A stretch of DNA of 64,000 nucleotides from Microcoleus sp. (GTDB lineage Bacteria; Cyanobacteriota; Cyanobacteriia; Cyanobacteriales; Microcoleaceae). The stretch is taken from the NCBI GenBank assembly GCA_052279835.1, contig CP181291.1, positions 6,016,001 to 6,080,000 on the forward strand, read 5' to 3'. Positions 20,887 to 30,106 of the stretch are shown piece by piece (positions within the stretch are counted from its first letter, which is position 1; each line of letters starts with the position of its first letter). The position numbers and the translations under genes are program-made. The notes beneath the pieces were generated by a model, which had not been told where the DNA came from, did not search any database, and worked only from the letters and a program-made list of their open reading frames with translations.

Positions 20887-22449
20887 TTAAGGGTTTTTCT
20901 TGGAGTCGGGAGAGGGAGATTTTTGAGCTTTGGGAGTTGCTTTTTCACTCTTGGGCGAAGGCTTTGGGTTGGCAATTTTTGGGGCCACTGAGGGCTTGGA
21001 AGTTGCCGCTGGTTTCGAGGAAGCAGGTGCTGTTAATGGCGAAGCAGGGGGTGTTTTAGTACCCAAAATGCTGGCATCTCCTGTGTCAAATAAGCCAGCG
21101 ATACAAGCAATCATCATGGTGGCTAAAGTTCCGACAAATAATGCTTTCCAACCAAGTTCGGAAATGTCTTTGCGCCTGGAGGGAATTAGGGCGATTGTAC
21201 CACCGACAAATATGCCGACAGAGGCGAGGTGGGCGAAGCCGGAAAGGGCGTAACTGACAATCAATACTGTGCGATCGCTCACCAGTCCTTTCCCAGCCAC
21301 TTCTGCTAAAGTTTGATAAGGTGGAATAGCTGTTTCCAAAAGTCGGCGGCCGATAATTATAGATGCTTGCCAAGAATCCTCAAGGGGAACTCCGGTTAAC
21401 AGCGTCAGGGGATAAAATAAGAATCCCATGATGTTGGCCAAGGTGACTACTTTAAAAAAGCCACCAATCGGGTTGGGCAAGATAGCCAGCCAGCCAAAGA
21501 ATTGATTGATTAAGGAAACTAAACCTAAGATTAATATTAAAACAGCGGCGATCGCCACTGCCATCTTTACCCCATCCAAGGCACCGATGATGGCCGCATC
21601 CAAAGGGCTAACTCGTTCGATTGGTTCTCCGCCAACGGTCTCTTGTTGTGGAATTGCGCCGTCTAAGTCATCAATTTCTTCTCCCACAAATTCTCGACCT
21701 TTAGGTTTTGGGTTTTCCTTGGGAATACCACCCATTGTCAGCGGCACTTCGGTTTCCGGAACTAATATTTTGGAGAGGACAAAACAAGCTGGAATGGCAA
21801 TAATTGAAGCTGAAACTAAATGCCCTAAAATATTGGGAAAAACGGGCTTTAGGAAACTGACGTAAATTGCTAAAGTTGAGGAAGCAGCAGTCCCAAAACA
21901 GCAAGAAAGGATGGCACAAAGTTCCGAACGAGTCATTTTCGGCAAGTAAGGCTTGACCACAATTGCTGCTTCAATGCCTACGAAAATATTGGCAGCACCG
22001 CTGAGTGCTTCTGCGCCACTCAAACGCATTGTCATATAAAAAATTTTGGCGAAAACTTCGGTTATAATTTGAATAACACCGATGTTATAAAGCAAAGCCA
22101 TCAGACCTGAAAAAAATACCACTGTTGGCAAAGCTCGAAAGGCAAAAATATATCCTAAATTAACGGGAGGTTCTTGGCCTGGTATGGGTACAATGTTTTT
22201 GCCGAATACAAATCTCGCCCCGGCATCAGCAGCGGTAAATACGCCATCTAGTAAGCTAGTAAACCACTCTAGGGCGATGCGAGTTGGGGGAAATAGGAAC
22301 ACTAAAAACCCCAAGAGTAATTGCAGTCCAATACCCCAGACGATGACCCGCCACGGTATATACTGAGGTTTGCGGTTTTCGGAAAAAATCCAGGCGATCG
22401 CACATAAGCCAAAAATGCCCAGAAACGAGATAAAGTTGTAAATAGACAT
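20887..22449 (-). CDS. nupC: Concentrative nucleoside transporter (NupC/CNT family)
   Basis: AANIFVG, LPKMTRSEL and SYALSGFAHLASVGI motifs; many TM segments; Pro/Ser/Lys-rich tail. Confidence 0.9.
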   Translation of the reverse strand: MSIYNFISFLGIFGLCAIAWIFSENRKPQYIPWRVIVWGIGLQLLLGFLVFLFPPTRIALEWFTSLLDGVFTAADAGARFVFGKNIVPIPGQEPPVNLGYIFAFRALPTVVFFSGLMALLYNIGVIQIITEVFAKIFYMTMRLSGAEALSGAANIFVGIEAAIVVKPYLPKMTRSELCAILSCCFGTAASSTLAIYVSFLKPVFPNILGHLVSASIIAIPACFVLSKILVPETEVPLTMGGIPKENPKPKGREFVGEEIDDLDGAIPQQETVGGEPIERVSPLDAAIIGALDGVKMAVAIAAVLILILGLVSLINQFFGWLAILPNPIGGFFKVVTLANIMGFLFYPLTLLTGVPLEDSWQASIIIGRRLLETAIPPYQTLAEVAGKGLVSDRTVLIVSYALSGFAHLASVGIFVGGTIALIPSRRKDISELGWKALFVGTLATMMIACIAGLFDTGDASILGTKTPPASPLTAPASSKPAATSKPSVAPKIANPKPSPKSEKATPKAQKSPSPDSKKNP

Positions 22450-22619
22450 GACCCTAGTCCTTGAAATATCTGAGAATATCGGCTGATGCCTTATATCAAA
22501 TCAGTTATACTCTTCATTTGAGGCCAAATGTCAAAAAAATTAACTGTACGAGTTCTGCGGAGCTTTCGCAACCCTTGATTTGCCTTAAATTACCAGCAGT
22601 TTAATCTAAACTCGAACAC

Positions 22620-22895
22620 ATGGAAGCTTTTGCTCCAATTCCTCCCGAATGGACTGCGGCAGCAGTTCACGCTCATCAATTCTGCTGTCCTAAATGCGGT
22701 GCTAGCTGCACGGAGGCGCAGGAGGTATGGATTAATCGTCGATCGCCAGTATACACCGAATTCAACCGTCGCAAGTGGCAGGAATTTTATCGCTGTCAGT
22801 GCGATGGTGTTTGGTGGGCCTGGAGTAACGACCGGCCTCCTTCGGAGCTTGTGCGTCGCGATGAGAGCACCACTGACGACTCAGATGATTTCTGA
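22620..22895 (+). CDS. Conserved cyanobacterial hypothetical protein (Cys-rich, possible Zn ribbon)
   Basis: CCPKC...WINRRSPV...WQEFYRCQC...WWAWS. Confidence 0.8.
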   Translation: MEAFAPIPPEWTAAAVHAHQFCCPKCGASCTEAQEVWINRRSPVYTEFNRRKWQEFYRCQCDGVWWAWSNDRPPSELVRRDESTTDDSDDF

Positions 22896-22944
22896 AAGTT
22901 CAAGTAATAGTAGTTTTCTCTAGGTGGAAATCAAGTGCACAAGA

Positions 22945-22975
22945 GTAGGGACTTAGGTTTGGTCTAAGTCCCTAC
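22945..22975. terminator. REP-like hairpin GTAGGGACTTAG-N7-CTAAGTCCCTAC between convergent genes
   Basis: Perfect 12-bp stem; the terminator role is inferred from position. Confidence 0.55.
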
Positions 22976-23034
22976 CGGAAATCTGTAGTTTACTCAACAG
23001 ACAAATGTTATCTTGATGAATATATATATATTAA

Positions 23035-23238
23035 TTAATACAGTACATCAAGCACTCCCTGGACTACGCCTGCCATCACTCTTTCGATGAGACTTAATTG
23101 ATGTTCGTCTATGAATTCATCTAAAAGCATTAACTTAATCCGCTGTCTGTCAGCGCGAGTCAGTTCCCCGTCCGCAAATATTTGATCGACTATTTCTTCT
23201 GTTAAAAATGGGGAATCTTGAGTTTGTGTGGTTGACAT
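23035..23238 (-). CDS. Small hypothetical protein
   Basis: MSTTQ...EEIVDQIFADGELTRADRQRIKLMLL, resembling small cyanobacterial helical proteins. Start uncertain. Confidence 0.65.
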   Translation of the reverse strand: MSTTQTQDSPFLTEEIVDQIFADGELTRADRQRIKLMLLDEFIDEHQLSLIERVMAGVVQGVLDVLY

Positions 23239-23434
23239 GGCTGGTCTCTCAAATAATAAATACTCTGTTTTTAAATTCATCACAAAATCCAGATTATTAG
23301 GTGGTTTTGGGGAATCGCTCAATTTTTTTTTATAATTCTATGACTTAGGGGGCATTTTGTCAAGACACTAACTTTATAGAATGGGGAATGGGGAATAGGG
23401 GAATAGTTAAATTGGAATTTGAGTTTTATGCGGA

Positions 23435-23555
23435 GGGTGCATTTCAATTTGGTAAGGGCGAAGCATGACCGCAGACAATTTATTAGCAATCGCCAGAGAT
23501 TTACTGCGGTCATGCTTCGCCCCTACGAATATATTTGCAAAAATGAGATGCACCC
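23435..23555. mobile_element. 121-bp MITE, second copy of the 17743 family
   Basis: TIRs GGGTGCATTTCA / TGAGATGCACCC. Flanks TATGCGGA / TATGCTGA (8 bp, one mismatch). Same internal GGGCGAAGCAT...TTCGCCCCTAC hairpin. Confidence 0.8.
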
Positions 23556-23615
23556 TATGCTGACCGAACTGTTCAATTTCACATCTAAAATTCCCAATCT
23601 AAAATTTAAAATCGA

Positions 23616-26600
23616 ATGACTTATATTCGCTCTTCTATAATTCTGAGTTTAGCGATTTCACTGCTACCCCTAGCAGTAAAATCGCAACCTGTGGTTCCCG
23701 CACCTGACGGCACTAATACGGTGGTGAATGCCGAGCAAAATCGCTGGAATATTAGCGGTGGCAAACTTTCGGGCAACGGCACAAATCTGTTTCACAGTTT
23801 CAGCCAATTTAATTTAAGCGAAGGTCAAATTGCCAATTTTCTCACCAATCCCAAGATTCAAAATATTTTAGGTAGAATCACTGGTGGCGATGTTTCTTTA
23901 ATTAACGGTCTCATCTCCGTGAGCGGTGGCAACTCAAATTTATTCCTGATGAATCCCGCAGGTATTATCTTCGGTCAAAATGCTAGATTAAACGTGCCGG
24001 GGTCTTTTTTGGCAACCACAGCTACAGGGATTGGTTTTGGCGAGAGTTGGTTTAATAGCACGGGTATAAATGATTACAAATCTTTGGTGGGAAATCCCAC
24101 TCAATTTAATTTTAATAATTCACAAATTGGTGCCATTGTCAATGCGGGAAACCTGGTAGTTGGCAACGGACAAAGTTTAACTTTGCTCGGAGGCACGGTG
24201 ATTAATACAGGACAATTATCGGCTCCTGGTGGTCAAATTACGGTGGCGGCTGTGCCGGGAAGCAATGCTGTTCGGATTAGTCAAGCGGGCAATTTATTAA
24301 GTTTAGAAATTACTCCGGCTTTGCAGTCAGAAAATAACCCGATCGCCCCGGTGGCTTTGCCACAGTTGCTGACAGGGCCAGGTGTCATGTCAGCCACAGG
24401 TTTAACGACTAATGCAAAAGGTGAATTGGTGCTCACAGGCGGCACAACAGTGGGGGTAAATGGCGCAAGTACGATCGTCTCCGGTTCAGTCAATGTGTTT
24501 GCGCCTGCGGGCACCAGAGGCGGCAGTGTCAATATTTTAGGGGAAAAAGTAGGCTTGTTCGGTGCGACTATCAATGCTTCCGGCATTGAGGGTGGAGGTG
24601 TGGTGCGCGTGGGAGGCGGTTTCCAGGGGCAAGCACCCATACCCAATGCCTTGGTAACATACGTTAGTCCCGACTCTAGCCTCGCACTAAACGCGATCGA
24701 CCGTGGCAATGGTGGCCTAGCGGTAATTTGGGCCGACAACATCACTCGCTTCTTTGGCAATATTACTGCCCGTGGCGGTAGTGTCGGCGGTAACGGTGGA
24801 GAAGTGGAAGTTTCCGGCAAAGGTTCTTTGATTTTCCAAGGAGAGGTCGATACCCGCGCGCCTAACGGTGCGATCGGCACTTGGAGGCTCGATCCGGCAA
24901 ATATTACCATCGTCAACGGTAAGGGCGAAACCAGCGCGCCATCCATGGGCGGGGAACTCGACACCGCCACAGAATCGAGTTCAACCACCATCTCCGAAGT
25001 GCAGTTAGAACAGATGAGTGCCGGCAGCAATGTGGTTCTAGAGGCAACAAACAATATCATCCTCCAAGACTTGGGGGACAACAGACTGGGACTCCAAGCA
25101 AGAACGGGAGACAGCGTGACATTTAGTGCAGGTGGAGTGTTTTTTGTCAATGACCCCAAGGATTCGATCGAGACTCAAGGCGCTAACATCAATATTTTTG
25201 CTAGCAGCATCTCTGTGGGTGGACTCAATGCTAAGGGTGGCAATATCTCTCTCACCGCTAGGGGCATTGATTTGAGAGGCGATCGCGGTTCCGTCAGCAG
25301 TGCGGGGGGAACAATTCGCTTGCAACCCGATGACGATCGAGCAATTCGGATCGGCGGTACGGGTGATATTTTGGGCATTTTGGACTTGACGGCAGCGGAT
25401 ATCGGTGCTTTGGGGACGGATTTTCGCTCGATCGCCATCGGGCGGGAAAATACCCGTTCGATCGCCATCGTCGGGCCCACCACCATCCCCAGCCCCCTCA
25501 CCCTTCAAGGAATGTCGATCGATATCCAAAACCCCTTGACAGCCATCGGTGGCGCTTCTTTGACTTTCGAGGCGGCTCAAACGGCGATCGGCGGTAACAT
25601 CGCTACATCCGGCGGTGACATCACTTTCAACAGTCCCGTCACCCTCAGTCGCAACGCCACTATTGCCACCACTGCTGGTAATATCACTTTTGCCCAGAGT
25701 CTCGACAGTGCCATGGATACAGCCCCTAATTTGGCCTTGCTAGCGGGCGGCAATGTTACTTTTGGCAGCGCGATCGGGCAAACTCAAAGCTTGGGCCTTC
25801 TCAGGGCTGATGCTGCTGCGGTGACGGGGAATGGGACAATTACCACGGGCAATTTCCAGGTCAACGCGCGCAATTCTGCTACCCTGCGGGGGAGTACGAC
25901 AGCTACTTCTGGAGCTGATATCAATGCGGAAAACGTCCTCCTAGAGGGTAATTTGAGGACGGATGGTGGTGCGGTGAACTTGCAAGCAACTCGTGAGGTT
26001 CGGACTGCTAATATTCTGTCTAACGGCGGGAATATTCGGGTTAAGGGAAATAGTTTGACTGTGGGTGCGATCGATTCGGGGGTGTCTGGGGGCACTGGTG
26101 GGGCGATTGTCCTTAAAAGCAATGCGGGTGCTTTAACGGCGGGTGCTTTGAATGCTTCAGGGGCGATCGGCGGCAATATTTCTCTCACCTCGACAGCGGC
26201 TATTTCTGCCTTTGATGTCAGCGCCGCCGGCAGTGTGGGAAGTGGCGGCAATGTGTCTCTAAATGCGATCGGTAATATTCAATTGGGTTTCATCAACGCT
26301 CAAAGCGGTAACGCAGGGAGTGGTGGCAATGTTGATATCACTACCAAGGGTTTGTTTCGATCGAACAATGTGTTTAATGATATTTCCGGCAATAATTCCA
26401 GTATTTCTACTGCCGGAGGTGGGAATCGCGGGGCGATCGTGATTCGACATTCCGGTGGTAGCGATCGACCTTTTGTGATTGGTAGCGATGGGGAAAATGG
26501 CACGCGGGGAAGCATTAATGCTGGGGCGGAAAATGCTATTTTGCCTACTCTTTCTTTTTTGGAAACTTACACTCAGGGAAGTTTTTTAAATCAGATTTCC

Positions 26601-28253
26601 CTCATCACCAACGGTGCGTCACCGACTCCTATACCCATTCCCCAACCAATCCCCGTTCCAGTTGAACCAATTCCCGAAATAATTACCCAACCTGTTCCTG
26701 TCGTAAATCCAGCCCCTATAAATCCGATTACTAATCCATCTATTCCTCCATCTTTACAAGTAGAATTGCGGCCGCCCACTGGTAAAAATTCTCCCGTGAG
26801 TTCCACCTATTCCACTTCTTCTAACCGCTCAAATTCTGCCGGGGCTGGAGTTTTAGCCTTTGAGCGAACATTTACGCGGGAATATGAAAAATATTTGGAT
26901 TTATCTCCGAGAAAGCCGATTACTAATATGTCGGTGATTTATGAAATTCTCCGTAAAAATGAGGCGATTACAGGGGTGAAATCGGCCATTATTTATATGA
27001 ATTGGGTCAGTAGTGATGACACCAAAGCTACCAAAGAAAATGGTGGTGTTTTAGTAGCTAGTCAGGATTTATCTAATTTATTACCTGTCACAGAAAAGCT
27101 GACACCAAAAACAGGAGACTCCGATCGCTTTTTAGGAGAACCCTTGGGGGAGAGGTTGAACCCAAAAACCAAAGCAGTTGCCGATCTTCCTAAAGGAGAG
27201 ATTTTGGAGTTAGTGTTAGTAACAGCTAATGCTCAACCGCAGCGGTTTTTAATCCCCAAAGCGACTAGGTGGCAGGTATTGCAATTGGCGGACTCATTTC
27301 AAACGGAAATTACTAATCCCAGACGCAGAAATAGTGTTAGTTATTTGGATACTGCTCAAAAACTTTATAGCTGGTTAATCGCGCCCTTAGCTTCAGAAAT
27401 CACAGGTTTAAAGATTGATAATTTGATGATAATTCCCGCTGCTGGGTTGCGAAGTGTTCCCTTTGCAGCCTTGCACGATGGTAAACAATTCTTAGTTGAA
27501 CAATACAGCCTGAGCGTGATACCGAGTTTGAGTTTAACTGATATTGATTATGATAATATTGCCGATGATGAAGTTTTGGCAATGGGGGCTTCGGTATTTG
27601 AAGATAAAGCCCCATTACCTGCGGTGCCTGTGGAGTTGGAGTCCATCGCGCCACCCAATCGAGGACAATCTTTTTTGAATCAAGATTTTACTCTACGTAA
27701 TTTGCAATCTCAGCGACAAAATCGACCTTTTGGGATAATTCACTTAGCAACTCATAGCGAATTTTTGCCGGGGGAACCAAAAAATTCTTACATTCAGTTA
27801 TGGGATACTAAGTTGCGCATCAATCAAATGCGACAGTTGCGGTGGAATGAACCGGCGGTAAATTTGTTAGTTTTGAGCGCCTGTAGTACGGCTTTGGGCG
27901 ATGAAGAGGCGGAGTTGGGGTTTGCGGGTTTGGCGGTGGCTAGTGGTGCTAAATCGGCGTTGGCGAGTTTGTGGGAAGTCAGCGATGATGGGACTTTGGG
28001 GCTGATGACGGAGTTTTATCGACAGTTGCGACTACCCAGAAGTGGGGGTAATTTGATTACGAAAGCTGATGCTTTGCGACGGGCGCAATTGGAGATGTTG
28101 CGGGGGCGGGTGCGGATTCAAGATGGGATGTTGCGGGCGATCGCCCATAATGAAGCGATCGCTTTGCCGCCCGACATTGCTATGCGGGGCGATCGACTGC
28201 TTTCTCATCCTTATTTTTGGGCTGCTTTTACCCTGATTGGCAACCCTTGGTAA
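23616..28253 (+). CDS. Filamentous-haemagglutinin N-terminal (TPS) domain protein with a C-terminal CHAT domain
   Basis: Signal peptide, NLFHSFSQF and NLFLMNPAGIIFG motifs, Gly/Asn-rich beta-helix region, Pro-rich linker, CHAT motifs HLATH, LSAC, SLWEV and HPYFWAAF. Confidence 0.93.
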   Translation: MTYIRSSIILSLAISLLPLAVKSQPVVPAPDGTNTVVNAEQNRWNISGGKLSGNGTNLFHSFSQFNLSEGQIANFLTNPKIQNILGRITGGDVSLINGLISVSGGNSNLFLMNPAGIIFGQNARLNVPGSFLATTATGIGFGESWFNSTGINDYKSLVGNPTQFNFNNSQIGAIVNAGNLVVGNGQSLTLLGGTVINTGQLSAPGGQITVAAVPGSNAVRISQAGNLLSLEITPALQSENNPIAPVALPQLLTGPGVMSATGLTTNAKGELVLTGGTTVGVNGASTIVSGSVNVFAPAGTRGGSVNILGEKVGLFGATINASGIEGGGVVRVGGGFQGQAPIPNALVTYVSPDSSLALNAIDRGNGGLAVIWADNITRFFGNITARGGSVGGNGGEVEVSGKGSLIFQGEVDTRAPNGAIGTWRLDPANITIVNGKGETSAPSMGGELDTATESSSTTISEVQLEQMSAGSNVVLEATNNIILQDLGDNRLGLQARTGDSVTFSAGGVFFVNDPKDSIETQGANINIFASSISVGGLNAKGGNISLTARGIDLRGDRGSVSSAGGTIRLQPDDDRAIRIGGTGDILGILDLTAADIGALGTDFRSIAIGRENTRSIAIVGPTTIPSPLTLQGMSIDIQNPLTAIGGASLTFEAAQTAIGGNIATSGGDITFNSPVTLSRNATIATTAGNITFAQSLDSAMDTAPNLALLAGGNVTFGSAIGQTQSLGLLRADAAAVTGNGTITTGNFQVNARNSATLRGSTTATSGADINAENVLLEGNLRTDGGAVNLQATREVRTANILSNGGNIRVKGNSLTVGAIDSGVSGGTGGAIVLKSNAGALTAGALNASGAIGGNISLTSTAAISAFDVSAAGSVGSGGNVSLNAIGNIQLGFINAQSGNAGSGGNVDITTKGLFRSNNVFNDISGNNSSISTAGGGNRGAIVIRHSGGSDRPFVIGSDGENGTRGSINAGAENAILPTLSFLETYTQGSFLNQISLITNGASPTPIPIPQPIPVPVEPIPEIITQPVPVVNPAPINPITNPSIPPSLQVELRPPTGKNSPVSSTYSTSSNRSNSAGAGVLAFERTFTREYEKYLDLSPRKPITNMSVIYEILRKNEAITGVKSAIIYMNWVSSDDTKATKENGGVLVASQDLSNLLPVTEKLTPKTGDSDRFLGEPLGERLNPKTKAVADLPKGEILELVLVTANAQPQRFLIPKATRWQVLQLADSFQTEITNPRRRNSVSYLDTAQKLYSWLIAPLASEITGLKIDNLMIIPAAGLRSVPFAALHDGKQFLVEQYSLSVIPSLSLTDIDYDNIADDEVLAMGASVFEDKAPLPAVPVELESIAPPNRGQSFLNQDFTLRNLQSQRQNRPFGIIHLATHSEFLPGEPKNSYIQLWDTKLRINQMRQLRWNEPAVNLLVLSACSTALGDEEAELGFAGLAVASGAKSALASLWEVSDDGTLGLMTEFYRQLRLPRSGGNLITKADALRRAQLEMLRGRVRIQDGMLRAIAHNEAIALPPDIAMRGDRLLSHPYFWAAFTLIGNPW

Positions 28254-28283
28254 TGGAATGGATTTGATAGGATTAACATCTGC

Positions 28284-28523
28284 TATATCAATCCTTGCAG
28301 GAGTCGTAAATATTTTTACCCCACCCCAACCCGGACATTATATAAAATCCTATCTTCATCGTCCTGTATTAAACTCTCTCTTCTCTTCCTCTTTCCCCCC
28401 TTGGGGGGGGCAGGGGGGGGTCGTCCTTTGCGCCTTCGCGGTTAAATCATTCCGATACAACCGGAATTAATATTACTAAGGGGAGGGAGTAAGAAATTCA
28501 CCAATGATTTTAGGATAGCTATA
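28284..28523. mobile_element. Nested MITE cluster: outer element, inner MITE 28340-28473, innermost C/G-run hairpin
   Basis: Outer ends TATATCAATCCT / AGGATAGCTATA with a body matching 13520-13605. The inner element matches 11417-11548. Confidence 0.7.
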
Positions 28524-28525
28524 TA

Positions 28526-29488
28526 TCAAGTCTGAGCTCGCAGTCGCAGTATTCTGAGTAGAGTATTGAATTGGTCCGGTAAAGGTGCGATCGCCTCAAT
28601 TAGTTCTCCTGAGATGGGATGCTGCAATTGCAGCCGCCATGCGTGGAGGGCTTGTCCGGTTAAATTCACCCCTATAGAACGGTTAGAACTGTACATCGGA
28701 TCGCCGATAATCGGATGTTTGATTTCGGCTGTATGGACGCGAATTTGATGGGTGCGACCTGTTTCTAATTGATAGTGAATTAGACTATAGTTACCAATTC
28801 TTTCTTTGATTTGCCAGTGAGTAATTGCGGGGCGACCGCCTTTGTCTACGGGTACTACACCCATTTTTTTGCGGTCTGTGGGATGCCGACCGATTGGTAA
28901 GTCGATCGTACCTGTTTCCGCGTTAGGAATGCCATAAACTATGCCTAGATATTCGCGGCGGGCGGTTTTGGTTTTGAGTTGGGCTTGCAGGTGTTGGTGG
29001 GCGATGTCAGTTTTGGCGATCGCGATCGCCCCTGTGGTATCTTTGTCCAATCTGTGGACGATTCCAGGCCTTTGAACTCCACCGATCGCTGCTAGGGGAC
29101 AGTGGGCTAGTAGGGCATTTACTAAGGTGCCATCTGGATGTCCGGCGGCGGGATGGACGACTAATCCGGCTGGTTTGTTGATGATAATTAAGCTGTCGTC
29201 TTCGTAGAGAATATCGAGGGGAATTGATTCGGCTTGTAAGGAAGTGGGCTGGGTATCGGGGAGGGTAATCTCGATGCGATCGCCCGTTTTTACTGAGATT
29301 TTTTTGGATGTGCAAGTTTCGTCATTGACTTTGATGTTCCCCTGTGATATGAGGCTTTGGATGCGCGATCGGGATAAATCTGGAATCTGGTTGGCCAGCC
29401 AAATATCTAATCGTGGATTAACATTATTTTGATTAAATTCCCCTGTATTTTCAACTATGTATATTTGTTTGGTATCTATTTCTATCAT
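28526..29488 (-). CDS. RluA-family pseudouridine synthase (RluD-like)
   Basis: S4 domain, NKPAGLVVHP, HRLDKDTTG, LETGRTHQIRVH, LHAWRL. Confidence 0.95.
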   Translation of the reverse strand: MIEIDTKQIYIVENTGEFNQNNVNPRLDIWLANQIPDLSRSRIQSLISQGNIKVNDETCTSKKISVKTGDRIEITLPDTQPTSLQAESIPLDILYEDDSLIIINKPAGLVVHPAAGHPDGTLVNALLAHCPLAAIGGVQRPGIVHRLDKDTTGAIAIAKTDIAHQHLQAQLKTKTARREYLGIVYGIPNAETGTIDLPIGRHPTDRKKMGVVPVDKGGRPAITHWQIKERIGNYSLIHYQLETGRTHQIRVHTAEIKHPIIGDPMYSSNRSIGVNLTGQALHAWRLQLQHPISGELIEAIAPLPDQFNTLLRILRLRAQT

Positions 29489-29654
29489 TTAGTTTATTTG
29501 GTTATGATTGGTAAGTTATTGTATAATTATAACTTAATATATTGTGATTGAGAAGGTTTTAGCTAGATATTTCAAGAGTCCAGATGTTGAAGCGGAGTGG
29601 TAATGAAGGAGGTTATTATGTCCTATAATAGAAACATATTTATCGGAGATTACC

Positions 29655-29954
29655 ATGCAAGCATACAAACTTAGAGGTAAAATCGATGCAACTGGCAACT
29701 TGGTAGTTGTCGAACCTGTGAATATGCCGCCGGGAGATGTGGAAATCATTGTCTTGCAGCTAGCCGATCCGGTTAAACAAGCTAGCGCGTCAGAAAGTGC
29801 GATCGAACTTGAAACACCTAAAAAAAAGTTTAAAACTAACGTGAAGGCATTTCAAGCTTTATTCGATCGAAATGCTGTACCGGAACCGATGGATTTTGAC
29901 GATCCAGACAAACAAGCAAAATGGGAGTATTTAAAGGAGAAACATAACTTGTGA
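29655..29954 (+). CDS. Putative antitoxin of a PIN toxin-antitoxin pair
   Basis: 99 aa ending WEYLKEKHNL. Its stop overlaps the GTG start of a PIN-like gene (GTGA). Confidence 0.7.
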   Translation: MQAYKLRGKIDATGNLVVVEPVNMPPGDVEIIVLQLADPVKQASASESAIELETPKKKFKTNVKAFQALFDRNAVPEPMDFDDPDKQAKWEYLKEKHNL

Positions 29955-30106
29955 AAGTTTTGATAGACACCAATATCATAGTAGATGTTGCGCTCGATCG
30001 AGAGCCTTTCTTTGCCGAGAGCGATCCTCTTCGAGGGCTTCGCTAACGCATTTTAACTTTTGTGGAAGAAGCCCAGATTCAAGGCTATATTTCAGCCTCA
30101 ACTTTT
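29951..30106 (+). pseudogene. PIN (VapC-like) toxin N-terminal fragment, interrupted by a 21-nt insert and truncated by fusion
   Basis: MKVLIDTNIIVDVALDREPFFAESD[PLRGLR*]RILTFVEEAQIQGYISASTF carries the typical PIN start motif DTN. In-frame TAA at 30044-30046. Confidence 0.82.
30026..30046. mobile_element. 21-nt small dispersed repeat (SDR5-like) inserted in a HIP1 site
   Basis: GCGAT|CCTCTTCGAGGGCTTCGCTAA|CGC. Removing the insert restores both GCGATCGC and the PIN reading frame. Confidence 0.8.

Noticed and set aside
24281..26806. Minus-strand ORFs opposite the haemagglutinin/CHAT gene
   Set aside because: Shadow ORFs caused by the Gly/Ala/Asn codon bias of the real gene.
29539..29601. Possible 3' remnant of a gene (IVIEKVLARYFKSPDVEAEW*) before the antitoxin
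   Set aside because: Too short to distinguish from chance without a homology search.
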